Origin: Octopus vulgaris
Taxonomy: Eukaryota
Direction: 5' to 3'
Assembly: GCA_951406725.2 (NCBI GenBank)
Contig: OX597819.1
Coordinates: 97,278,001-97,342,000, forward strand
Length of the DNA stretch: 64,000 nt
Shown: one piece after another, positions 24,498 to 37,787 of the stretch
How the letters are laid out: each line of letters opens with the position of its first letter
Numbering within the stretch: position 1 is the first letter of the stretch
The notes under the pieces: model-generated
Databases searched by the model: none
What the model saw: the letters and a program-made list of their open reading frames with translations, nothing else
What the model was told of the DNA's origin: nothing
Translations under genes and position numbers: made by a program

Positions 24498-26644
24498 TAA
24501 GTACATGATAGTTACATTCTTGGTGGTTAGAAACTTAAGATATATTTTGAAATCAGAAAAATGTTCCAAGTTTGTAAAATTTTACCAGAAGTAAATATAA
24601 TTGGAATAGAACTCGATACATCAGTATTTGAATCTGGCTCATAATTTTTAAATATTGTTCTTAATCTTCCAGTTTCTTTATAAATACCAAAACTGAAGAA
24701 AATGGCTTTCTAGAAGAAAACTTTAAATGCCATAATAAATTGCTACATTCTATTAGGTTAACCTTTTCAGTTTATTTAAATAACAAATGCTAATGATTAG
24801 AGAATTCCCCTTCACAAAGTTGCTATGTCTCCTGACATTCTGTTAAAGAGTGAATATACAACATTCCAAATGAGAATTCTTTAAATTACTTATAAAACAA
24901 GCTAAACTGAAAGTACAAATATCTAAATAATTATTGTCTTATTTATTGGTTTCAGTGCATTAGAAGCTTCATCAATAAACATTATTAAAAACTTTACATT
25001 GTAAGAAGCAATGCTCCAACAGAGTCAGTAACTCTGATTCTCAACTATAGCCACTTCACTTCCACTATTAATACTTCAAGAAAAATCATGAACACCACAA
25101 CTCCTATTTCCCCACTTCCTTGCAGTTAAAGTTGTTTATTTATAAGTATTTGATTACTCAAGATTTTTCATCTCATATATCAACATATTTAAGTAATACT
25201 GAAACCGCATGCAAAATAAAGCTGCCATTTCACTGAATTACTCATAATCTAATATTTTATTTATCAGTCTTTGACAGAAAAGAATGTATGATCAATTGCA
25301 AAAGGTAAGATGTTATTTTTCACTCCAAATACATATAAATATGATGCTATACCCACTGATGATATTCTGACTATATTGGCAAAGATTTAGGAATAAACAG
25401 TAACTATGGAATTAATTGATATAAGGATGAGACAAGACTGCTTTGGTACCTAATAAATTCTAAGCATTATCTGTAATAAACATGTTTACATACCACAAGA
25501 AAAGACTTATGTAATGGTATTGGCACTTATTCCAATTAAAAGGAATTCCTTTCATATTCTCTAACAAGAAGTAATGTTTGTTTTGAAGGGAACATGTAAC
25601 AAAATAATCCAAATTATCAATATATTCAAAGCATTCTCTTAAATTCTAGTTTCTATGTGAAGAATTCTTTCATGATTCCATGGCACCTCATTGACTTAGC
25701 ATTATCATTTTCGCATTAAAATATTTTATATTTAATTAAAACTAACCCAATTCATTGAACTCCTCTTGCTGTAATTTATATATTGATTGAAGTTTTGGTT
25801 TCAAAGGAACAACCGAAATCACTAATGTTTCCCAACCCATGTGACAGAACATGGTGTATTAGTGTATATACATCTATCGATCAAATCTTCATCTCTCTTT
25901 AGTTTGCCAGACAGGTATCTAACAACTGATCTTTCCTGCTGTCTTTAACTACTGTAATTATCTTTTGTTACCCTACTAAACTTAACATATAACTCTTCCA
26001 TCTGAAAATAGTTACCATTATATCTACAGATAGGTAGTAGCACATATTCAAACACATATGGCAGTATAGAAACAGCCTCGTGGTTAACAGTTTTTACCAC
26101 TATTTATTCAACATAATACACTTAATAACTCTCAATGGAAATACAGAAAAAAAAGTCTTGATCCTATCTGTAATTATATAAAATCAGAACAAACTGGTCT
26201 ACTTCGTTACACAAGTACAGCAGAGATAGTGAATAAAGAGCAAGCAGTCTTAAAAGACTTTTTTATCCTCCAGATTTCAAAATTTTATTTATAGAATGAT
26301 TATTAGCTGAACATAGCTTGTAGCAAACTCAGAAAAATGCAAGCCACATTAACAATATAACAAACATTAATTAACTCTAACAGATTAAAGATACTGAATG
26401 ACTGTTCAATCTCTTGCAGCTAATAAAATTAATAGACAAACGAGTATTTTTTGAAATTTATCTGTTTGTCTGACAGTCATTTACAGAATTCCAATTTAAT
26501 AATAATTCTAAGAGGTCAACTAATAGAAATTCTCCAGGAATTTCTCGAGACTTATTAAATGTAATTATAGAACATCAACTGACCCTAACAACCCAGAATA
26601 TTATATCAAATTGAGATTACACATATATATATATATATATATAT

Positions 26645-26862
26645 ATCATCATCATCATCATTTAGCATCCGCTTTCCATGCTAACATGGGTTGGACGGTT
26701 CAACTGGGGTCTGTGAAGCCAGAAGGCTGCATCAGGCCCAGTCTGATCTGGCAGTCTTTCTACGGCTGGATGCCCTTCCTAACGCCAACCACTCCATGAG
26801 TGTAGTGGGTGCTTTTTACGTGCCATCCGCACAGGTGCCAGACGGAGCTGGCAAACGGCCAC
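26645..26862 (-). mobile_element. RTE LINE 3' UTR fragment
   Basis: Reverse complement of ~3800-4015 with a (cat)n tail. Confidence 0.9.
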
Positions 26863-28271
26863 TGACGGATGGAGAGCAAGTAGCTCCAAATAACAACTGA
26901 CATAAATCATGATGATTTGCTCAAGCCATGCCAGAATAGAAATTTAATATTTGATAGCAATGGTTTATAGCCTCATCAAAAGAGGCAATTAAAAGGACTT
27001 ATGGATATGACTATAAAAGACTTAAAAAGTTCCCTCTACCCCATGTCAGGAGTGCATGTGCATCAACAATGATGATGATTTTTATGCTTACACACACACA
27101 CATTTATCTTTAAGACACACTCAATACACTTTGTAAAGTGGTCTGTGATAACAAGTGCATCCAGCTATAGAAACTAAACCAAAATAAGACCTACAAGAAC
27201 CAGTTTAATAGAGGAGTGGCTTCCAATAAAAGCTAACATGGACTGTGACAATCCATCCAACCCATGCCACCATGGAAAGTAAACATAACAATGATGATAG
27301 TGGAAGAGGAGAAGCTACAATTAAATTATAGAACATTTGTAGTGAAGAGGGCAATAAGGACGGTATGAAATGACAATTGACAGCTGAAATTAAAGGATAT
27401 GTAATGGTTTGATGGTGCAATATATGTAATGGTATGACAGGAGGTAGCATATATAACAGAGCATACAGAATATTTCCATTTAATTGATTGAATCAATCCC
27501 TTTAACTACTTGTATTTAATTAGTGGTTAATACCTTAAACTATAAATAATCACATAAAATGCCATACAACTGTAGAACTATTTAGTTTAATATATGCAAA
27601 TATATTTATGATTCAAACAATTTAAAGTTGCCATAGGATAATTTTTCAGCAATGAGTTGTAAAGGAAAATGGATTGATAATGGAGTACAATTTCAAAAAC
27701 TTCTAGTATGACAATACTTACAATACATTTAAAATATATAACCTTTAATACATTTCATTAATTAGATAAGTACAAGTGGTTATAACTTAATCACTGTCTT
27801 AATGGATAATGATATTTGCATATTAAGGAAAGCAAAATGCAATTGTTAGTCAGATTACTTGACTGATGTTTTTGAAGGTGATCAGATTACTTGACTAGTG
27901 TTTACCAGCGGTTAGATAAAAATAATAATAAAAATACCCAAGATATCTAGTTTTATAATGAAATATTTGGTTAAACAACCTCTGACAACTGAAATTTACA
28001 GTGAATATTTTAAGAACTGGACAACAATTACAACTAACAAGAATGAAACACATACCAGGCAACACATCTGTGATGAAAAATTATTTTCAAAATAACTAAT
28101 AATTAATTTACCAATAAAATGAGAAATATTTACATGTATGTTGGAATGATTTAATCTGGTTTTTATTGGCACAATATTTTCAGGCAACAAAGTATGAAGA
28201 CATAACCAAGTGGTACATATGACAGAATAACAGTGTTACAACTACATATTCTATCTTCTTTTTTTTTCATC

Positions 28272-28482
28272 TTTTTACTTGTTTCGGTTATTGGACTGCA
28301 GCCATGAAGGATTTAGTCAAACAAATTGACCCAATTTTTTTTTAAGGCTGGTACTTGTTCTCAGTCTCTTTTGTCTAACCACTACATTACAAAAATGTCT
28401 ACAAACCAACACTGACAGTCAAGCAGTGATGGGGGACAAACACACTTTCACACATATTCATATACACATATACCTGACAGGT
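28272..28482 (-). mobile_element. Family-A SINE 3' part
   Basis: ttacttgtttcggttattggactgcagccatg...ggggacaaacacac. Confidence 0.7.
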
Positions 28483-30729
28483 TTATATATATATATATAT
28501 ATACACACACACATACTCAACAGACATATATATATATATATATATATATATACCTAACAGGCTCAACCCACAAAAAATAGCAACCAAATCTCTCTCAAAT
28601 CACACACTATCATCACTAGAAAGTAAGTCATATTGGATAATGTAGACCCTGATATACTATTTGAGAAAGAAAAAAAAGATAGGGCACCCATAGTTGCAAT
28701 GCCTTTGATCATAGGTCTGCATCACAAAGGCCAGTTTGAGGCTAAACAACACTGGCTACACCAGTTCCTAAATAGAAAAGCCATCTGCCCAGTCAAGATA
28801 ACAATCCATGAAAATTTAGATTAAGTAAAAAGAAAGAAGATAAAATCAAGTAAAGAAGTTCATTAAAAAAGTGATGTCAACCTAAATGAGAGCACTCCAG
28901 CAAATAGGAGACATTTAAAATATACAGAAATAGTTACTAGTTGCCTTTGGAAGCACAACTCCTTCATTATAGCATCAAATGGCAGACAAAAGGAAGCTTA
29001 TACTCTTCTTGATAGTGACATCAGGAAAGTGTTGTAAGTAATTCCAAAAATACTGGCAAACAGAACAACCTCTTTAAAACAAAGTAGTTCTTTATATTTA
29101 TAACTGCAGACAGTAAGTACTTGAATCAGAGACTATTAATGCTACAAACTGCTATTAAGGCAGCAAAGTACAGCTGAAATCATCTACTATATTACTATGA
29201 TGACAAAACAAAAATAAGTTGATTTTAATTATGTTTTAAAGTGTAGTAGCTAGCAGAAATAATACAGCATTGGACAAAAGACTTTACAGTTTTCAATTCA
29301 TGTCGCTTTACACAGTGAGTTCAAACCCTGCAAATATCAGCTTTTGTTTCTCATCCTTCAGAAATCAATTTTATAAAAGAATTGGTGGTACTAGACAAAA
29401 ATTGGGGCCAAGATAATAAACTGCCCTTCCTAAAACACAGGCCTTGTGCACATGTCAAAAATCAATAATTAAATTTTAAGATGGTTTGAGGTAAAATTTC
29501 ATTGTATTACCAATTATAGAAAATGAAATTATTAAGAAAACATCATTGTGGATCTATATTATTTTAAGGGACACCAAAATGGGAATCTATACACTAATAG
29601 AGTCACTGAAATTTATCATAAAGTCTTGTTTATCCCTAGAAGTCAGAATTTGGTGACTACAATCATAAATATTTTAAAGTTATCAGTTATAAGTTAATCC
29701 ATTTTAGAGATATAACTGAAATATATGATATTTCAAAACAATGGCAATATCCAGCTTCAAATCTAAATATAAGATACATAAAAGCTTCTATTATTTCATA
29801 TATATCTGGTTAATTAAAGAAGCTGTGGGCAAAAATCATAGAAACAAACCCAAAATATCATTTCATTTGATATTTTTTTCATATTATTACAATTACCACG
29901 GGAAACTGTAAACATGATGTCAAGAAATAACAGATATCTTTCATATTATGGTCACAAAAGAATGAAAGAAGACTTTTATACACAGGATATTAACAATATG
30001 ACAAGTTATGAATAGAAGAAAACAATGCGCAAAACAACAAAAGGAGAATACGGTAGAAATTATACCTTCATTCCACTAGAAACAGCTGCTCAGTTGATAG
30101 ATATGCTATATTCAGTGTAATAATCACAGATTTATACTGTTATCAAGCTCAAATCCAGATTGGTTTCATTAATATTACTGAAATACAACTAGACTGCGTC
30201 TGCGCCTACCAAAAGTTTACTGATGGACAGCAGTAGCTGTGTGTGCGTCAATGCTCACCTAATATCATAAGTTTTATGTAAAAAAATAAATACACACAAT
30301 CTGACATCACTCAAAAACTAAATATAAAACAGAATAAATAACCAATTAAAACACCAGACTGCCCATGACAACAACAACAACAACAAGCAGGCATCTCTTG
30401 TAGACCTTTCGAACTATTACACACCACTTGCATCAACAATGCCATCATTAGTGTCAAATTATGGCACTTAACTTTAAGTGAAAAATAATATAGAAGAGGT
30501 GTCAGAGGGTACTAATTGCAAAAATACCTCTCAGCATTCAAAACAATGCAAACCACATCAGCTTTTTTTTTTTTCCTCTGTTTTAATTTTACTCAGAGAT
30601 TACAGCAATCATTAACCTTTTAAACTTCAATAACCACTTTGATGATGATGATAGTAATCAGTATGATAATGACTGTCACTACACTTATGAACATCATAAA
30701 GGTTTTAGGTAAACTACCTTGGCTTTTAA

Positions 30730-31250
30730 AAACCAGGTGTCAGTAGTGCATCCCCAAAGTCAGACGTCAATGTCCTCAAAGCCAAATGACACTGCTGCAT
30801 CCTCAGTCAGGTGACACCACTGCTTCTTTAAAGCCAGTGTCAGTAACCTCAAAGTCAATGACACTGCACTGTCCTCAAAGTCAGCTTTGTTGTTGTATCC
30901 TCGAAGTCAGGTGACACTATGTCCTCAAATTAAGGTGACACAGCCGTGTCCTCAAAGTAACATGACACTTGTGTCCTCTAAGTGACACTGTTTATGCTCT
31001 CAAAATCAGATTTCATTACTGCACCTTCAAAATTAGGTATCTTCAAAATCAGACGACACTGATGCACGAAAGCCAGGTGTCAATTCCTTAAAGTCACATG
31101 ACTGTTGCATCTTCAAAGTCAGATGTCACTGTTGCATTCTTAAAGGCAGGTATCACTGTCGCATCTTCAAAGACAGGTGTCACTGTTGTATTCTCCATGT
31201 CAGGTGTCAATATTCCCAAAGCTGATATTCCCAAAGGTAATAGTGATGTG
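30730..31250. repeat. Degenerate ~27-30-bp minisatellite
   Basis: Recurring tcaaagtcaggtgwcactgytgcatcy unit with indels. Confidence 0.8.
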
Positions 31251-32182
31251 TCCACAAGAGTAAAATTTATCTGTTAACCATCGGTAACATTACAGTCAAA
31301 TTGTACTACATAAGATCTTCTTCAATTGAAAAATCTTTTTATTGGAATGAAATTATTGTAAATACCAACTTATAATCACAATCAATTTGTGATTATGGTT
31401 ACATGGCTAAGAATTTTGCTTCATAATGATGTGATTCCTAGTTCAATCCTACTCCATAGCACCTTGGACAAGAGTTTTATATGGTAACCTTGAAATGACC
31501 AATGCTTGAGTGGAATTTGGAAGACAAACTGCAGAAACCTGTCATATGTGTATGTATGTATATATATATATATATATATATAATGTTTATGTTCACCAGT
31601 ATAAACCAGTTTGTAAAAGATGTGACCTTTTATGTCCAAAATATAATTAAACAATCATTAAATAGAAATCAGTATATTGAGGAACCAGACTAAAATAATT
31701 ACAGAGGTCAATATAATGAACTTTAAATTAGTGTCCCAGTAATATAATGAACTTTAAATCCATGTCCCACCATGGCTGCATTCTATGGTTGCTGACCTAG
31801 GCCTAAACAACAACAAAAATGTTGAGATTGGGCTTTTAATGATTGAAGATCACCAAACAAATATTTAGTTAACTTTCAGTAAATGTTTGACAAATGTTAT
31901 TGATATAACACTAATTAATAAATCTAAATAATTACAAACCAAATCAATAATGTTTAACAATATATAATTTCTCTTAAAATTTGAAATATTAGAAATATCA
32001 CAATTTTTTTCTTCAACAAGAAAATATAAATAAATATATGAAGGAAAGAGATGTTAAAACATTTCACTCTGAGAATGAAGGGATATTTTATTTCCAATAT
32101 ACTCCACCATCAATCAATAATCTACAGACACTTCTGAAAACTATTCCAATAATTGTAATAATTAAACATCCACTTATCAGTA

Positions 32183-32396
32183 AAATACTACCAACCACCC
32201 TCTCTGCTTGAATTTATCTTTCCTTTCATCATGTACAACAGCCACTACTCTCTATCTGATAATATTCATCCATTTCTACAAAGGTTCTCAACAAGTTCTA
32301 ACATAATTGGAAAAGGAAATCTGTGTTGAGTTCCTACTGGCCAGTCTGTTTGATCAAAGCTGGCCTGGGGCTTCCCAGAAACTATTGTATACTGTT
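32183..32396 (+). repeat. Direct repeat copy 1 (copy 2 = 33421-33540 plus 34101-34212)
   Basis: aaaatactacca..tctgcttgaatttatctttcctttca...tcaaagctggcctgggg...aactattgtatactgt is shared by both copies. Confidence 0.85.
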
Positions 32397-32543
32397 GTCT
32401 ATACATCAATATGACAATACATATGGTATATCATGTAGTTTTAAGACAACACAGAGATCAGGGCTGGTATTTGTTGTGTGGTTTCTAATATAGGACAAAT
32501 TTTATATGCATGACCTCTTTGATTTAGAATTTAAATTTGAAAA

Positions 32544-32593
<50 letters not shown>

Positions 32594-33536
32594 CTTCTAA
32601 TTGTTTTAGTGTTTTCTGAGAATGTAGGTCAGTGCCCATAGATTGAAAAAGAGATAATTAGGTGATATTTAATATAAGTAATTTAAGGGGAAATTGAGAA
32701 TAGTGACAGAGTTTTAGGGCAAGAGATATAAAGATGAGAATCAAGTGTGTCAAGTGAGTTTAGAAAGAGGTAATATAAAATAAAACAGAAGGAGAAAAAG
32801 CCCTCCATTTTGACTTTTACATTTTGGGATCTGGTCATTAATATTCTACCTCAGTATAGCAATATAGATTGTAAAACACACATCATTGCTAATCCTGATT
32901 ATTTAGAAGAACTCAAGAAAATAATCAACCAACAAAGGAAAGTAGACTGACCCTGATAGAAACCAAGCCTGATGTTTTATAATGAATTTCAATTTTTTCT
33001 TTGTAAACTCCACCCTTTTCATCATCATTTCCATTCTATTAGCAATGTTGGTAAAGCCTGGACAGGTCAGTAAGATGGCCTCTTTCAAACTGTCTATTAC
33101 TGGTCATTGATTCCCTTAGCCTCAACTCCCTTAAATCCTCATCATCTCATTCTAAATCACCTATTTTATTATATTTATGTAATTTCTATACACAACCCAC
33201 AAAAAACTCACAAATTCTCCCATTTTAGCCACATATGAAACCCATATTCTAATCAAAAGGTTCATATAACTTGGCCTTTTTTTAATATTCATAACAAAAA
33301 AAAATAACGTGCAAACCATGCTGAAATGAAAAGGAAAATTGTTACAACCAGATAAAATCGTTTAATGATGAGGAGATATATAATATTGAAGAAAGTGTAG
33401 ATCATAGTGCATCGATGGAGAAAATACTACCAGTCACCCTATCTGCTTGAATTTATCTTTCCTTTCAATACATATAACAGTCACTACTCTCTATCTGATA
33501 GATTCATCCATTTCTACAAGGGTTCTCAACAAATCA

Positions 33537-34100
33537 TGATCATCATCATCATCGTTTAACGTCCGTTCTCCATGCTAGCATGGGTTGGACGGTTTGACCG
33601 GGTTTCTGGGAAGCCAGAAGGCTGCACCAGGCTCCAGTCTGATCTGGCAGTGTTTCTACAGCTGGATGCCCTTCCTAATGCCAACCACTCTGTGAGTGTA
33701 GTGGGTGCTTTTTACGTGCCACCTGCACAGGTGCCAGGCGAGGCTGGCAACGGCCACGATCGGATTGACGCATTTTACGTGCCACCGGCACGGAAGCCGG
33801 TCAAGGTGGTGCTGGCATCGGCCATGATTCGGATGGTGCTTTTTATGTGCCACCGGCACGGAAGCCAGTCAAGGCAGCACTGGCATCGGCCACAATTCGG
33901 ATAGTGCTTTTTACATTCCACTGGCACGGAAGCCAGTCTAGGCGGCGCTGGCATCGGTCACGTTCAGATGGTGCTTTTTACGTGCCACCGGCTCAGGGGT
34001 CACAACTGCAGTTTCCATTGATTTTGAAGTTGGTGTACTTGACTCAATGGATCTCCTCAAGCACAGGGTCGAAATGGTGTTTCTTCACTTGCCACCTGCA
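33537..34100 (-). mobile_element. RTE LINE 3' UTR insertion with ~66-bp internal repeats
   Basis: Reverse complement of the RTE tail; ttttacgtgccacc recurs every ~66 bp; flanked by catgat on both sides. Confidence 0.9.
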
Positions 34101-34939
34101 CATGATATAACTGGAAAAAGAGATCCGTGGATCATAACTAGTTAACTTCTACTGGCCAAAGTCTATTTGTTCAAAGCTGGCCTGGGGTTTCCCAGCAACT
34201 ATTGTATACTGTCTCATCACATAATAATGTATACAGCTTTAGCTCTAAATCCAATCCAATACCAATTCTACTGACTGTTTAGTAAGGTAGCCCTAATACA
34301 CAGAATCGTTTAAAACCACCACTTAGCTCTTGACTGTCTTTGATAGGGTTCAAATTGCTGCAATCATTAAACCCACAATTCACTCTCTGCCAGCATTTTT
34401 CCAGCAAATGTTCAGGCTGTACATCAGCTGTACCAACCTCAACAATTAGAAAATGCCTGCAAAGGTTATGAATACTGACCCTCCTCTTATATATGAAAAA
34501 AAAATTAGAGATATATGAACTAAAAACTTCATGTCTATTAGTGAATGACACTACAGCTTTTATCAGTTTCTAACTATTCTTGACACTACGCCAAATACTG
34601 AGGTTTAGAAATAAATATAAAATAGTTAAAAAACACTAATATTAATAATAGAAAAATTATGTTTACTTAACTAAACATAAACCATTTGCAACATGGTAAA
34701 CACATAAAATCAAAAGAAAAGAAAAAAAAATTACTTTTAAATGTTTATTTGTAAACGTTTTACTCCAACTTACACACACTTTTGAAAACAAACATAACAT
34801 TATTATGAAAACTGTTTATTCTTTTAAAATCTGATGCAATGTAAGGCAAGCTGCATCACCTACAGCTACAGCCATGTGTTAACTATTTCCTATATATATA
34901 ACAACGTAACATGAATCTATCATACGCAATAGTATACTG

Positions 34940-36828
34940 CAGTGATTTACAACGTGGTCCCTAGAGAATTTCTCGTGGTCCCCAGAGAATTCATAGCCAT
35001 AAAAAAATTGAAACCATTTCAGATCTACACAATATTGTTCGATAATAAAGACACTGTTAGTTAATAATAACTTATATGAAGACAGAATAATAAAAAGAAA
35101 ACAAAATTCAATAATTATTACATAAGAATCAATAATGTATAATATATAATCAATATTATATTACAAGCAAGAATTACATAATTTAAATTTTACAATCATA
35201 ACAGCTTCATAATAAATTTGATACTTTTAAATTATAGAAATAAAGTATTTATTATTTTATCGAAATAAAGTATTTGTTTCTTTCATTTTTTTTAAGATCA
35301 GTTGTAATAATGTCTGAACCATCTGCTAAAAAGGCAAAACTGAGGAACTACAAAGATTTTATCATGTTTGGTTTTGTAAACTCAAAACTATGTGTCTTGA
35401 ATGTGATGCCATTCTGACAAATCATTCCATGAAGAAAGTTAAGCTGGAACAGCACCAGAAATTAAGGCATCCAACATCTGTTGGTAAAGGTAGGGAATAT
35501 TTTGAGAATAAAAAGAAAATACAGCCAATCAAACTACCCGACTTTGTAAAGAAGATAAATACTGAAAAAGCAAAGACACTCAAACCAAGTTATTTGGTCT
35601 CTGAAATTATTGCCTAAGTTGCAGCACCTCAGATTTATGGTGAGAAACTTGTCAAGCCTGCTATGATAGCTTGTGTAAATAAGGTTCTGGGAAAAGATGC
35701 TACATCTACTCTGAGTACAATTCCACTTTCAAATAACACAATTACAAGAAGACAGGATGAAATGTCTAAATTTGTTGAGAAGATTATGGAAATTCTCCAA
35801 AAGACAAATTTTCATATCCAGGTTGATGATAGCACAATTCATAACCAAGTTATCCTTCTGGTCTATCTCAGATTCATCCATGAAGATGATATAAGAGAAG
35901 AAATGTTACTCATTAAAAGTTTGTCAGAAACTACTAATGCAGAAGATAAATTTCAATGAAGTAATGCAGTATTTTAATGATAAAAATATTCCATTGACTA
36001 ATTTGATCAACATTGCATCAGATTGAGCTGCAAACCTGACTGGAAAAGTGAAAGGCTTTGTTTCTAGAATGAAATCAGCTGCTCCTAACATTTTTTTTAC
36101 ATACATTGCATTTAGTTGCTAAGAATATTGGAGGACACATGGAAGAAGCACTCAACATTGCTATATATGCAATTAACTCTGTCAAATCAAACTCAGTGAA
36201 TAATAGATTTTTTATGCAATTCTATGAAGATGAAGATTTTAAAACCCTATTGCTTCACACCAAAGTAAGATGGTTGTCAAAAGGCTCAAGCCTTGAAAGG
36301 CTCATAAATTTGTGGGAACCATTAATCAACTCTCTCATGTTCAAGAGTCAGATGACTCACTACAACTCCAAAAAGCAAGCTGATACAGCTAAGAAAATTT
36401 TTAAAGACTTTCTGAGTTTAAATCAAAAATATTCTACAGTGAATCTGCTTAACTTAGAGCAGCAAGGTAGAAAATCAGATTTGGTCACCTGCTCTCAGAA
36501 GATAAAAGGGTATATGGGGAAATCAAAATTTTGGAAAAAATAGTTTGAAAAAAAAAATTTGGCATCATTTCAAAATTTTAACACCACTGTTCCTGCATCA
36601 TGAAAAATGATTTTGATATCTTGTGTTTATCTTTGTTCACTAAAATAAATTTTAAATTTGATCTTTTGTTTACTAAAATATATTTTAAAGTGTTAATAGA
36701 CTATTTTGTCTTTTCATTAAGTATTTTGGTGTGAAAATAGAACAGCATAAAGTAAAAGTAGAAGTGGTCCCTAGAAATTTTTTCAAGTAAAAAATGGCCG
36801 CTGGACTGAAAAAGGTTGGGAACCACTG
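34940..36828 (+). mobile_element. hAT (Buster/Charlie group) DNA transposon, decayed
   Basis: Imperfect TIRs cagtgatttacaac / gttgggaaccactg; 8-bp TSD gtatactg (34932-34939) / gtatagtg (36829-36836) with central TA; subterminal gtggtccc repeats. Confidence 0.92.
35310..36600 (+). pseudogene. Buster-type transposase (ZBED5/ZBED8/SCAND3-like), frameshifted and C-terminally deleted
   Basis: BED finger CLECDAILTNHSMKKVKLEQHQKLRH; IPLSNNTITRR; IQVDDST (first catalytic D); IASD*AANLTG (second D); LLLHTKVRWLSKG; several stops and frameshifts. Confidence 0.92.
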
Positions 36829-37745
36829 GTATAGTGCACCTTAAAACATGACATTTACTTAAAAGAAAAAAACATTAATAAAAGCAGGAACCAGTAGAAA
36901 TATTATTCCAATTTAAGAAAATCAACAATATTCCACTATCAATAACCAACTATAAAATGTATTGGCTGTAGCAATTTCAGTTGAAATATACAGATGAACT
37001 GAGTACTAAAGAGTGGAGGGAAAAACACAGAGCAGATATTAACACAGATCAAAGGGGTTAGCAACAAATAGTAGTTTTTTTAAGCACAAACACTAAGGAA
37101 GGGCAATATAGAACAGGGATATCCTTAAGTTCATTACCGAAAACCGATTCCTTACATTTTGTACTAGTGTACAATAGCTTTCGTTGATATGTTAACAACT
37201 TTGCTAAGTTTTTGCAGTCATCAACATCTATCATGGAAATAGTAGATTTCTTTTTATTTAAAGTGTCTCCTCTACAAATGTCAATACTAACAACATAATG
37301 TCATCTCTTTGCTTATCACAAAAAATGTTTCCATATCTCTGACTCATACCTATAGAATTATTGACAATAAACCACAATATGTTCAGAAACTTCTTTATCA
37401 GTCTCTTCTCTTCTCTCTCTCTCTCTCAATAGTTACCTTACTGCACCAGAATACATAACAGAACTTTACTACCAACACACAAGCATTTTTTTCCTTTATT
37501 TTTGACAAAACAGTCACAGCTGGAATGTCTAGAACTGACCTGGGAGCTAGATAACAATATAGCAGCATCTTCTATGAATTCAAATAACTATTAAGATGTT
37601 CAATACATGTACAACAAGAACTATGGGCTTATCTTTTTGACTGTACAAGCTCCCATGAAATTTCAAATAATATAATATTCTAATGAAAAGAAATCAATGC
37701 TTTAGTTCTTAATTGTTCTGCTATGGGTGTTTAAATTATTTCAGT

Positions 37746-37787
37746 AGAAGAATGTTAAGGTGAATTCTGAGACCTTAACATTCTTCT
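37746..37787. repeat. Perfect 16-bp stem hairpin
   Basis: agaagaatgttaaggt-gaattctgag-accttaacattcttct. Confidence 0.85.

Noticed and set aside
34279-34551. 90-aa minus-strand ORF in unique sequence
   Set aside because: No recognisable domain and no convincing splice-site pair; a chance ORF cannot be excluded.
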